Shown here: piece after piece, positions 1 to 11,019 of the stretch
How positions within the stretch are numbered: the stretch's first letter is position 1
Layout: each line of letters begins with the position of its first letter
Source of the DNA: Octopus sinensis
Lineage: Eukaryota
Reading direction: 5' to 3'
Assembly (NCBI RefSeq): GCF_006345805.1
Contig: NW_021823970.1
Span: forward strand, 1 to 20,344
DNA length: 20,344 nucleotides
Program-made: the position numbers and the translations under genes
The notes under the pieces: generated by a model
Told to the model about the DNA's origin: nothing
The model's database searches: none
The model's input: the letters and a program-made list of their open reading frames with translations, nothing else

Positions 1-59
1 CGCTATCTCACTGTCTGACCTCTCTCTCTCTCTCTATCTATCTATTATCTTTATCTATC

Positions 60-90
<31 letters not shown>

Positions 91-375
91 TATCTCTCTA
101 TCTATTATCTATCTAGCTACCTATCTATCTATTTTTATATATATATTACTATTCAAACACAAATATTATATATATATATATAACTATATATATATACATA
201 CATCATACAAATTACATATATATATATATATATAATATAATATATGTATATATATATATGTATGTATTATGTATGTATGTATGTATGTATATATATATAT
301 ATGTATATATATATATTTGTGTGTGTATAGTAATATATATATAAAATAGATAGATAGGTAGATAGAGAGATAAAT

Positions 376-432
<57 letters not shown>

Positions 433-520
433 CACAAATGGGTATAGATTTAAGACGATTATGTATATGCTTTACGTATATCACGTATAGTTATGTCTAT
501 GTTATTATGTGTATGTAGTT
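1..520. repeat. Compound microsatellite (TCTA)n then (TA)n/(TATG)n
   Basis: Direct reading; boundaries approximate. ORFs 184..435 and 212..484 are translations of it. Confidence 0.95.
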
Positions 521-751
521 ATTGTTACATATACTTCAGACACAATTTAACGTTACATTGAAATTTCAACTCTGTTTCAGCTGAACGGAGCAGAAATTCT
601 TGTATAATTTAAAACTACATTTTGTACAATATTCATTTATACACCAAGTAGCCACAGCCTTTGATTGCTGCCAACTTTGGGGATCACCTTGGAAATTGTT
701 GGTGATCACACCGACTCCCATATTGTTTTGTATAAATTTTATCTATTTATT

Positions 752-958
752 GGAAGATCGTTATTTCGATTCCCTTATCGGGTTGTGAGTTATGTTCTTG
801 TGGGAAACACTTTATTTCGTGTCACTACAGTCGAGTCAGCTGTAAAGGGGTAACCCTGCGCTGACTGGCATCCTGTTGAGGAGCGATGTTGTGATTCCAG
901 TCACTTATACGCCAGGGAGAACGACCAACCGATCCTATAAACCCCAGGACTCGAGACA
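752..958 (+). mobile_element. Decayed tRNA-derived SINE
   Basis: Box-B-like tttcgattcc near 764-773. Segment acactttatt...cagtcgagtcagctg resembles 11494-11528. The 3' half (cctgcgctgactggcatcctgt, tatacgcca, ctcgaga) resembles the 3' half of the SINE at 13503-13797. Confidence 0.65.
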
Positions 959-1126
959 GTGCTGAGTTATTGAGCGATTAAGGTAGAGAAATTTTGTCTT
1001 TAAATAAATGCAACTCTGTACATCTGTGAACATCAGTAAACAATAATACACATATAAAACAATCAAATGCACAGACATTTTTGTTCGTCTTTCGTTTACG
1101 AAGCTTGTCAAAACTCTACCTTTTAG

Positions 1127-1230
1127 ATAGCGATGGCTCTTCCAGAAGAGCATCACCAAACGTGGAATTGCTTGAGCGAATGGGAATCTTTTCTTCTGCT
1201 TGCACAAGCAAGGAAACTGCGACAGCGCTG
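1127..1230 (+). CDS. Candidate coding exon, product unknown (IAMALPEEHHQTWNCLSEWESFLLLAQARKLRQR)
   Basis: Unique GC-richer island; acceptor ctctaccttttag|, donor CTG|gtattt, 104 bp open (phase 0 to 2). A competing minus-strand exon 1120..1257 is also open, so strand is unresolved. Confidence 0.3.
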
Positions 1231-1563
1231 GTATTTAGTAGTTGCAGAGTCGCATGCCTAAATCATTACAATGAAGGGTAGATCACTTGGATGTTTTAGC
1301 AAGTTAGAATTACAGTAAGAGGAGGTTGTATAGGACGACCAACTTCATTCCGTTGTATCTCACACAAGGCTAGCTAGGATAACAGAATGTATCGGGGATG
1401 CCGTGACATGGTCATGGTCATCTGTGGGATACGTACATCAGAGAAAAACGGTTGGACATTACCTTTATCCCCGTTGAAACTGGAATCAGTTGGATGGCTT
1501 TCCTTTTCACACTTCACCAGATACCTACTCTTTATACTCGGAAAAAGCCTTTCCTTTGAGTTT

Positions 1564-1835
1564 CGGATCCTCCTGCGCTGCATAGCACATTGGACAACAA
1601 GCTTTCTCCACCAGGTTTTGTCAGTTGCTATTCTTGCATATCTATTCCACGTAATGTTGACTGTTTTCAAGTCATCTTGAAATGTCCGCAGCCAAGTGAT
1701 CTTCGGGTTACCGCCTTTAACGCCTGCCATCAGTTGGCACTCTAATCATAGCTCTTTTCAAATGACGTTAATCAGTTGGACGAAGAACGTGACCAACCAG
1801 GTGGAATTAGCGCTCCACTACAGTCTCTTACAGTG
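1564..1835 (-). mobile_element. Decayed 3' end of RTE-type LINE ORF2, copy A
   Basis: Minus translation with stops and a frameshift: PL*ETVVER*FHLVGHVLRPTD*RHLKRAMIRVPTDGRR / KITWLRTFQDDLKTVNITWNRYARIATDKTWWRKLVVQCA. This matches the GHVLR...RPxxTW...DL...W...DRxxWR C-terminal pattern of RTE-type ORF2 as I know it. Confidence 0.8.
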
Positions 1836-2275
1836 ATTGTTCAATCCTCCAGCACCGCTAAGCACATTGGGCGGCACGCTTCCTCCAGTGGGCGGCAAGT
1901 TCCCATCATCCATTCTACAATAAGGTTGTATATCTTCAGGCCATCTTGAAATGCCTGTCAACAATTGATATTCGGCCTGCTCCTCTTATATCTGCTGATG
2001 GGTGGTACCCAAGTCATGGGTATTTTCGAGTGTCCTTAATCAACGAGATGCAGAATATGGCCAGCCTGAGAGAACTGCCACTCTGTTACAGTCTCTTACA
2101 GTGGTCATGACCTTTCTCTTCACAGAATCTCCTCGTGTCTGACACAGTCTCAACAGTTGACCTTCTGGATCTTTCTGAAGCACCTCTGATGAAGTGTATT
2201 TAGTTTTCTATCCACCCTTCTGTGCTCTTGCATAGATTGCAGTTGGAAAAACAATACAATTATATCAAAGTCCGC
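1836..2275 (-). mobile_element. Decayed 3' portion of RTE-type LINE ORF2, copy B
   Basis: Minus translation: IVFPTAIYA / DRKLNTLHQRCFRKIQKVNC*DCVRHEEIL*RERS*PL*ETVTEWQFSQAGHILHLVD*GHSKIPMTWVPPISRYKRSRPNINC*QAFQDGLK / HWRKRAAQCA. This follows the PTxLY...FHQRCLRxIL...NEEVL...GHxLR pattern. Confidence 0.8.
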
Positions 2276-2611
2276 CAATAACAAACATTAAATAATGTTA
2301 CCAATTAACTATAGCGTACCAGAGTGCGACACAGTATTTTGATAGTCCTTGATCATCGTAAGTGTACTCGATCAGGTCTGGCCTTGGGCTAAACAACAAC
2401 TAGAACGTTCATAACATCCCCTCGTTAACCGCCGGCAATGATTCACTAATTTCATCTCTTAGCAATGTCTGCCTTCCAGACGAACATGTCGCACCGCCTA
2501 TTGGCCATATCGTGACTCGATGACACGACGGGGTTACGTAGATGTCATGTATTGAAAATATGTTTGCGCATGTATGTGCGTATGCGTGGGTACAAACACA
2601 AATACATACAT

Positions 2612-2612
<1 letters not shown>

Positions 2613-2682
<70 letters not shown>

Positions 2683-2784
2683 CATAGATACATGTGTGTA
2701 TGCACGTATGTAGATATATATATTAATATGTAACTATTTAGATATCAATATATAAATATATAAATATACTCACGCATATATATG

Positions 2785-2824
<40 letters not shown>

Positions 2825-2830
2825 ATAAAG
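2613..2830. repeat. (GATA)n followed by (TA)n
   Basis: Direct reading; boundaries approximate. Confidence 0.95.
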
Positions 2831-3054
2831 ACGCAACTAAAGCTGCTATTCGAGAGGAGAACATTACTGCAACCATGTTCACCTGAAATATGCACTATAA
2901 GGTAGAAAACCTGAAATAGTGGAAACGTAGTAATAGGGACCTACTATATTATATATAATACATATATTATCTCTGCACTGTGTATTGAGCACGCAATTCC
3001 GCATAGACGAAACTATTTAGAAATGAATGTAATATTTATACGTGTACGTATATG

Positions 3055-3448
3055 CATGTATTAACACATATATACAGACACATACAGACACATACACACA
3101 CACACATGATATATATGTATGCTATATATTTATTTACGTATGTATATTGCATTTTAGTATTTTGTTTCGAAATTGTTGATCTGAAATCGTGTGATGAAAC
3201 AGATTTTTATGACCCCCACCAAAATATAACAATGGGTGTATGTGTATGTGTGATGATACATTTAAAAAATGCATATATATGTTTGTGTCCGTTTATATAT
3301 GTGATCTGTGTGTATATATATATATATGTATAAATAAATATATATATGTGTATATATATACAAATATATACACTCATATATATGTATACATAAATAAATA
3401 TATATATATACATATATATATATAAATAAGATAGTGTATATATATATA

Positions 3449-3484
<36 letters not shown>

Positions 3485-4101
3485 ATATATATATGTATGT
3501 ATATGCATATATATATACGTATATATGTATAGGGAAGTGTTTATGCATACGTATATAAATATGTGATATATGTGTGTGTATGTGTGCGCGCTCACACGCA
3601 CAAGAGTACATATACCGATATACAAATATACAAATATGTACATATATATTTATGTATTTATGCTCAAGTTTGCATATGTCTGTTTATATAAATCTATATC
3701 GATCTGGGTGGCTTTCTATCTGTCTGTTCCTCCCTGTCTCTCTTCTACCCATTCTCTTTCTTCCGCCCACTCTCTTTCTTTTTTTCATTCTTTCTTTCTT
3801 TCTTTCTTTCTCACTCTCTCTCCCCCTCTCTCTTTCTCTCTCTCTCTATATATATACATAACGGGTAGCAGTTATACATACAATTTAGAAGAGTTTACAA
3901 AATAAACAAAAATTCCATTCTCATATAAATGACAATGACACCTAGATGTAAACTTACACACGTCTCATGCGTTTCTGTGTATGCACATATATATATTTAC
4001 ACACAAACACACACATGCACATGCACACGCACACACATAGATAGATACAGATACATATAATGCCTTGCATAGACATACATAGACATACACATTTATATAT
4101 T

Positions 4102-4134
<33 letters not shown>

Positions 4135-4340
4135 GTATTTAAAATATATATACACATACATATGTACATATAAATATATATATATATATATATATGTACA
4201 CACACACCCAGATACATTAATAGATAGATGTACACACACACACATACGCTCGTACATACGCACACACACACTCACACATACACTCACACACATACATACA
4301 CATATATATGTATTCGTATATACATACGTACACACTTATA
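3055..4340. repeat. Mostly degenerate (TA)/(CA)/(TG) microsatellites with a CT-rich tract at about 3715-3850
   Basis: Direct reading; short unique stretches are interspersed. Confidence 0.85.
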
Positions 4341-4375
4341 AAATAATCAACTTTATGGTTTTGCTTCCGTCTTAC

Positions 4376-4386
4376 CTGATATTGTT

Positions 4387-4462
<76 letters not shown>

Positions 4463-4568
4463 CACTATTGCTGCTGCTGCTGCAACTAATGTCGTCTGTC
4501 AGTTCCTGCTGACCGTCGTCTCTTTCATCTTTAAGCTTTTTGTCGCAGTTTCTCAAGAGTCTTTTCAT
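4376..4568 (-). CDS. Weak candidate exon with microsatellite-encoded poly-Ser (MKRLLRNCDKKLKDERDDGQQELTDDISCSSSS...RTIS)
   Basis: Strong donor CAG|gtaaga at 4376/4375 and an open frame (ORF 4353..4568); the acceptor (ataaag|) is poor. Confidence 0.2.
4388..4487. repeat. (CTA)n/(CCA)n/(CTG)n trinucleotide tract
   Basis: Direct reading. Confidence 0.95.
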
Positions 4569-4580
4569 CTTTATTTAATA

Positions 4581-5550
4581 CACAACAACAACAAAAAAAC
4601 AACCACAACCGCCGCCACAACAACAACAACAACAACAACATAACGAAATCTTTTTGGGAAACTTTGTCACTATCACCGCCATCACACCACTATCATCAAC
4701 ACTATCGCCAGCACCAGCATCGCCACCGCCACCACCACCACCACCACCACGGCCGCCACGACTGCCACCACGACCGCCACCACGACCGCCACGACGACCC
4801 CCACCACCACCACTAACAAGTGCCACCAGCACCACCGCCATCACCACGATCGTCATCTCTCCCGTCACCATCACCACCATCACCATATCCACCACCACCA
4901 CCACCAGCATCCGCGTCACCACCATCACCAACACTACCACACCACTCCCGCCGCCTCGACGCCCCGACTACCAATGCAAATCGCTGCAAGCACTACTATC
5001 ACCACCAACACCACCACTACCACCACTTCCATTTGTGACAGCACCGCTACTGCCATCACCGCTACCACTTCCGCTACTACCAATACTATCACCCATACTA
5101 CTGTTAAACGGTCAGCATGGTCCTTTCGCCAACAGTTCTACTATCACCGCAACATCTGTCACTACCAGCTCTAAAACTACTACCGATTCTATCACCCTTC
5201 GCTACTACTTCTAACCTTATTAACATCACCACCATCCATCACTACTACCAACACAACCGTCACCACGACCACCACCACGACCACCACCACCACACCACCG
5301 CCGCCACCACCACCACCACCACCACCACCACCACCACCACCACCACTCCTAGTATCACTAGCATCACCGCGTCCATCTTCAACACCACCGTCACCACCAA
5401 TGCCACCTTGACCGATAAACATAACAAACAATATAGAACATCATCATGATCATCATTATCATAATCATCGTCATTGTCATCGTCGTCGTCATCGGCGTCA
5501 TCGTCGTCGTCGTCGTCATCATCATCATTATCATCATCGTCATTATTATC
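4581..5550. repeat. About 1 kb degenerate trinucleotide array (CAA)/(CAC)/(CAT)/(CGT)
   Basis: Direct reading; it generates overlapping Pro/Thr/His/Gly/Val/Asp-run ORFs on both strands. Confidence 0.9.
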
Positions 5551-6649
5551 CAACGATTAAATCAAGAAACAACACCCCTTCACCTCCACATAACTTATAA
5601 AAATGTCAAATAAAATAAACAAAAACCCCAACAACGGTTTCCTGGCAACTCTTGATATCCAACATAAATCATGGAAATGACACTAAAACATTACTTGGAG
5701 TAAAACAGATAACAGCATCAACAAAGACAGCAAGACCATTGGTCATCTGACACGCCATGTGATATCAACAGTCTGAAATGATGAGGACATGCTGTGATAC
5801 CGATCAAATCTTTATCGAACACTTTCACTAAACACCGCCGAAACAAAATGAAAAGCATGGCTTTTCAAGCTAGCACAGGATTCGATCCCACTCTTTCAAC
5901 ACATCTCTCCGCCCCTGCTGAAAGGTAATAGAGAAATCTAAACTATCAAAAGGTTCAGGGTTAGACAAAGATCACAAACATACACCTAAAACAGACAGGG
6001 CCTGGTGAAGTTACGGCGCTCACATTCACAATTTCTCGTCTTAATATTGTTAAATATTCACTAAAACCAGGAAGCTAAATAGAATTGTAACAAATTTTAA
6101 CCAGCCCTGACACAAACACACACACAAAAAAAATGTCAGGTGCAGTAATATAATAGGGACCCGTTACCCTTCTAGGCTTATATTCAGTTTCCACCTAGCC
6201 CTTCTTTTCATAAGACACTAAGAAGTTTGTAAGAAGTTTGTCTCTCCTTGTCATCAGAAGAGCATTCATTCCAAACGTAAAACACTTTTCATTCTATTTC
6301 TTCTACTTTCCTCAGCATAAACCTAATATAATTTGTTTGATTGGTTTTTTTTCTTTACTTCATCTTTGGGTTACATATTTTTGTGCCACCCACCACACAC
6401 ACACGAACGCACGCACACACATGCATACACACATACACACACACACAAACAAACATGTCATAATAAAAAATTACATTAAACTGAAGGATTGATTACTCAC
6501 TACATTAGTAAGAGTACTAACTTATTATTCTTTAGCAAGAGTACAATGGATAATGGCCTCGAGGTTTTGGCCAGCTAAGCCGCCATCATACATACATACA
6601 CGAACGTACACGCACACTCACAAACATCCCGTATATATGAATATGTTTA

Positions 6650-6660
6650 CCTATCCATCC

Positions 6661-6718
<58 letters not shown>

Positions 6719-6931
6719 TTTTTTTCATTTCTCTTTTCTTTTGTTCCTTTTCCTTTTTTTTTTCCTTTTACGATCCCTTTGATCGAAAACCTACGCCACC
6801 TTTTTTTTGTTTCTTTTGTTTGTTTTTTTTTCATCCCCCAAAAGAAAAGCTCTACCTTGTAACTTGTCCCATCTGTGTGCAGCCCTGTGTGGCCAATAAA
6901 GAAACTTATCTATCTATCTGTCTGTCTATCC

Positions 6932-6999
<68 letters not shown>

Positions 7000-7034
7000 G
7001 TCTATCTATCCATCTATCAATCAATCTATCTATC

Positions 7035-7107
<73 letters not shown>

Positions 7108-7375
7108 GTCTGTCTGTCTGTCTGTCTATCTATCATTCTGTCTATCTATCTAGCTAGTTAGCTATTTAGCAATCTATATATGTATATATAGTAAGACACA
7201 AAAACAAGGTGTATTAAGTATGACGCTCAAGAAAACACACGCACACAGACACACGTACATACACATACACACATATACACACACATACACATACATACAC
7301 ACATGCATACACATACACACACTTGCACACACACATACGCATGTACACGCACACACACACACACGCACACAACCT
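6650..7375. repeat. (TCTA)n tracts (about 6650-6718 and 6906-7152) and a (CA)-rich tract (about 7235-7375)
   Basis: Direct reading. Confidence 0.9.
6846..6906 (+). mobile_element. 3' fragment of the ggcggcgagctggcag SINE family
   Basis: ttgtcccatctgtgtgcagccctgtgtggccaataaagaaac resembles the tail of the copy at 7945-8176. Confidence 0.55.
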
Positions 7376-7944
7376 ACATACCTAATTAACGTACGGCTAT
7401 AAATTAAACTCGGAGCAAATGTTGGTGAAAACGTGACGGAAAGTCATTTAATATTTCGACAAATTAAATGTCTTCGCGACGACAGCTACAAGAAGAACAA
7501 CGGCAACGACAGTAATAATAACATCAAGAATAACCACAGTAAGGGACAACAATAATGACCACAATAACAATAACAACAATATCAGTCTTAACAATAGACA
7601 GAAACTTGTGAGTATTTGTACGTGTGCGCGGCGTGTGTCCGAGTATGTGAATGCGCATGCGTATCTGTGTGAGTCTTCCTGTGATTGTAAGAATGCGTGT
7701 TTTTCAATCATTTGTTTGACGTCATACATCAATTATTACTATTTGTATTATCATTATCGTAATTATTATTATTATCATCATTACTTTTATAATACGTATG
7801 GCTACTATTATTGCTGTCATTATCATCATCATTATTTTCGTAATTACTTCCATCCCAATATTTCACATTATTGCTACTAGCAAGTCAACCCATTTACGAT
7901 GGAGGCATAAAATGAGGGTGGGAGGTCATAACAGCTGTATGTAT

Positions 7945-8362
7945 GGCGGCGAGCTGGCAGAATCGTTAGCACACCGGGCGAAATGTGTAACCGTATTTCG
8001 TTTGCAGTTACGTTCTGAGTTCAAATTCCGCCGAGGCCGACTTTGCCTTTCATCCTTTCGGGGTCGATAAATTAAGTACCAGTTACGCACTGGGGGTCGA
8101 TGTAATTGACTTAATCCGTTTGTCTGTCCTTGTTTGTTCCCTCTGTGTTTAGCCCCTTGTGGGCAATAAAGAAATAAGAATTTTGTCTGTCTTTACGTTA
8201 TGAGTTCAAATTCCACCGAGGTCGACTTTGCCTTTCATCCTTTCGGGGTCGATAAATTAAGTACCAGTTACGCACTGGGGTCGATGTAATCGGCTTAATC
8301 TGTGTGTCTGTCCTTCTTTGTTCCCTCTGTGTTTAGCCCCTTGTGGGCAAAGAAGAAATAAG
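7945..8362 (+). mobile_element. Dimeric tRNA-derived SINE: full monomer 7945-8176 plus headless monomer 8177-8362
   Basis: Box A-like tggcagaatcg 7955-7965 and box B-like gagttcaaattcc 8017-8029. The second unit repeats the body from about the 3' side of box A to the gaaataag tail. Flanks tatgtat/tatgtgt may be a short TSD. Confidence 0.9.
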
Positions 8363-8430
8363 TATGTGTTGAGAAATGTGTAAATGGACTTGATAGATAA
8401 CTGGGTGAGGTCTTAGAGAAATCACCTTAC

Positions 8431-8555
8431 TGTTGGTGATACAGCATTCTGTTGCAGCTGTATGACGGATTTGCGACTGACATGTGACGATGATTCACTT
8501 CCCAACTGAAATAGGCTCCCAGCCTCTGTGTCATGAATGTTTATGTGGACCACTT
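8431..8555 (-). CDS. Candidate coding exon, product unknown (EVVHINIHDTEAGSLFQLGSESSSHVSRKSVIQLQQNAVSPT)
   Basis: Acceptor ccttttgttag| at 8556 (or internal ctatttcag| at 8506 giving a 75-bp phase 0-0 exon), donor ACA|gtaagg at 8430, frame open throughout. Confidence 0.3.
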
Positions 8556-8711
8556 CTAACAAAAGGCACAGCTTCTTTCGACCATTACATTAAGAAAAAA
8601 ATGTTATTTAGATAAACATTTATTTTAGTTGTTTACACTATTTTACGCTTGTTTATTAAATAATGACTCATATTCCTTTCGATAGTATCAATATGATTAC
8701 AAAACTTCTTT

Positions 8712-9164
8712 GTAGACGATATTTTCTGTTTGGTCGACACTAATTTTCAAATTGCTGAAGTCCGTTGTTCTACTCATAACGACGTATAACTGGACGTGTA
8801 TAAACATCGGTGTGAGTAAAAATACACCTTTATCAATATCGATAACGCAGCAAATGATTTGAGCTCAAATGCTGGCATTTCATTGGTTAAAATTCGAAGA
8901 ATTAAACTACGTTAAACTTACAAATTACAATTTTGTTTTCAATTTTGTTTACAATAATGTTTTCTTTTGACACATTCTACCAGTATACGAAGTTTCAAAT
9001 TGTTTAGTTAACTAGAAAATTCCGTCCATCAAAAGGAAAAGATCCGTAGACGATATTTTCTGTTTGGTCGACACTAATTTTCAAATTGCTGGAGTCCGTT
9101 GTTCTACTCATAACGACGTATAACTGGACGTGTATAAACATCGGTGTGAGTAAAAATACACCTT
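8712..9164. repeat. 119-bp direct repeat pair (8712-8830 and 9046-9164)
   Basis: Copies differ at one position by my reading (gctgaagtcc vs gctggagtcc); spacer 215 bp. Confidence 0.92.
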
Positions 9165-9538
9165 CACGAGCTAAAGTCTGACCCTGTACCTTGTTTGCTG
9201 TGAATGTGCGGGCGTAATCTTTAGGAACCTGCTTATCTACGATGGGAAATAAAGGGATAGTATGGCATATCGAAAGCCCCTAAATTCATGAACTATACGG
9301 TGGGGGGGGGGGAGGTTATGGATCCAGAGTTAATCCTCGTCGCTGGAATTTTAACAAAAACAAAATTAAAGGTGATTTATTAATACAAAACTCACTCTCC
9401 TCTAAATAATCATACTTTTTCACATTTTTCCTGATTCCCTCCGTAATTCCGAAAAACATCGTAACCATTGGTCCAGATGTTTGACCATGAAGAGGGTGCA
9501 GACAGACAGATGGACATAACGCCCATTATAGAAAGATT
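9165..9538 (+). mobile_element. Possible non-autonomous Helitron-like element
   Basis: Ends in ggtccagatgtttg...cagacagacagatggacataacgcccattatagaaagat. The short (GACA)n followed by a tatag..gat end resembles Lep1-type rolling-circle elements from memory; the left end is not defined. Confidence 0.3.
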
Positions 9539-9582
9539 ATCATACAGGACAGCAAAGTGATAGAATTATTATTGTGCTGGAC

Positions 9583-9718
9583 ATCTGTCTTTACGTTCTG
9601 ACTTCAAATTCCACCGAGGGTGACTTTGATTTTCGTCCTTTCGGGGTTGATGAAATAAAAGTCAATTGAGGCCTGGGATCGATGTGATAGACTTACACCC
9701 TCCCCAGAAATTGCTGGT
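9583..9718 (+). mobile_element. Old headless SINE copy (ggcggcgagc family or relative)
   Basis: ctgtctttacgttctgacttcaaattccaccgagggtgactttg...tcctttcggggttgat aligns by eye to the body of 7945-8176. Confidence 0.75.
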
Positions 9719-9944
9719 TTATGATTATTACTAAAAGACAATATTACTCTAGATAGACACTATTACTCTAGACAATATTACCGTCCAGTGAAGCGAACAT
9801 GGAATTACCTATCGGAAAAATCTGACAACTAATACTAGTCGCAGATGTTAAGTACCGATCGATGTGGTTAGCTGTAGACTTGAACTTAACTGAGAGCCAC
9901 TTCGGTATCCGCCCGGATAATATATCCGTCCAAACACACACACA

Positions 9945-10142
9945 TTAATTATTATTATTATTATTTTATTATTATTTTATTATTACTATTATTTTATTAT
10001 TATTATATTATTATTACTATTATTATTAATTATTTTATTATTATTACTATTATTATTATTTTATTATTATATATTATCATTACTATTATTATCATTATTA
10101 TTATTATTATCATTATTATTATTATTATTATCATCATCATCA

Positions 10143-10218
<76 letters not shown>

Positions 10219-10230
10219 TATTATTATTAT
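9945..10230. repeat. (ATT)n/(ATC)n trinucleotide array
   Basis: Direct reading; source of the poly-I/M/D/N ORFs. Confidence 0.95.
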
Positions 10231-10797
10231 AAAAAAGCGCATAGATGTATGCATATGTGTGTGTCTTGGGGGTAATGAATGAATAGACGGAAGAGTGCAA
10301 AGGTAAAACAATAGCAACAACAACAACAACAACAACAACATTAAAGGGGACGAAAAAAAAGATACAATAGCAACACAGGAAGGAATTGGAAACTCTGAAC
10401 AGATTATCGTCATTTTGTCTTAATAAAAGATCATCGATTGTTCTAGAGAAAGTGACAGGAAATTTGAAATAAAATATTTCAATAATTTTTTTCCTATTCT
10501 TTAAAACCAACGACAAAGTAAGTAATAGATATATAGAGAAAAGAAGTGGATATTGAATGGATAACAATAATCTTTTGTAGGATGAGAGTATGGATATGGA
10601 TATATATGTGTGTCTACGTGTGTATGATGTATGTATGTATATATATATATATAATATATATGTATTGATAGATGGAGGTGTTCACATGCAAGTATGTATG
10701 TGTGTATGTACTACATACGCATGTTTATATGTGCTGCATATACATGCATCATATATGTGTGTGTGTGAGTGTATATGTGTATGCGTATATGTATATA

Positions 10798-11019
10798 AGG
10801 CGGCGAGCTGGCAGAGACGTTAGCACGCCGGGCGAAATGCGTAGCCGTATTTCGTCTGCCGCTACGTTGTGAGTTCAAATTCCGCCGAGGTCGACTTTAC
10901 CTTTCATCCTTTCGGGGTCGATTAAATAAGTACCAGTTACGCACTGGGGTCGATATAATCGACTTAATCCGTTTGTTTGTTCTCTCTGTGTTTAGCCCTA
11001 GTGGGTAGTAAAGAAATAA
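10798..11019 (+). mobile_element. Full-length tRNA-derived SINE (ggcggcgagctggcag family)
   Basis: High similarity to 7945-8176; atatgtgtatgcgt occurs at both 10773-10786 and 11020-11033 (candidate 14-bp TSD). Confidence 0.9.

Noticed and set aside
600-853. Two overlapping 62-aa ORFs
   Set aside because: Non-ATG starts, no recognisable motif, and partial overlap with a decayed SINE.
1374-1730. 118-aa ORF as a host gene
   Set aside because: It is the decayed C-terminus of a LINE ORF2 with upstream stops and a frameshift.
4654-5214. 186-aa Pro/Thr-rich ORF resembling an extensin or mucin
   Set aside because: It lies within a degenerate (CAC)n array that lacks stops in most frames on both strands; it starts at TTG and has no splice or domain support.
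7460-7615. Plus-strand open frame ending at a TT|gtgagt donor
   Set aside because: Degenerate (AAC)n sequence with no convincing acceptor.
8712-9164. CRISPR-like or prokaryotic repeat interpretation
   Set aside because: Only two long units in clearly eukaryotic DNA, with no cas genes.
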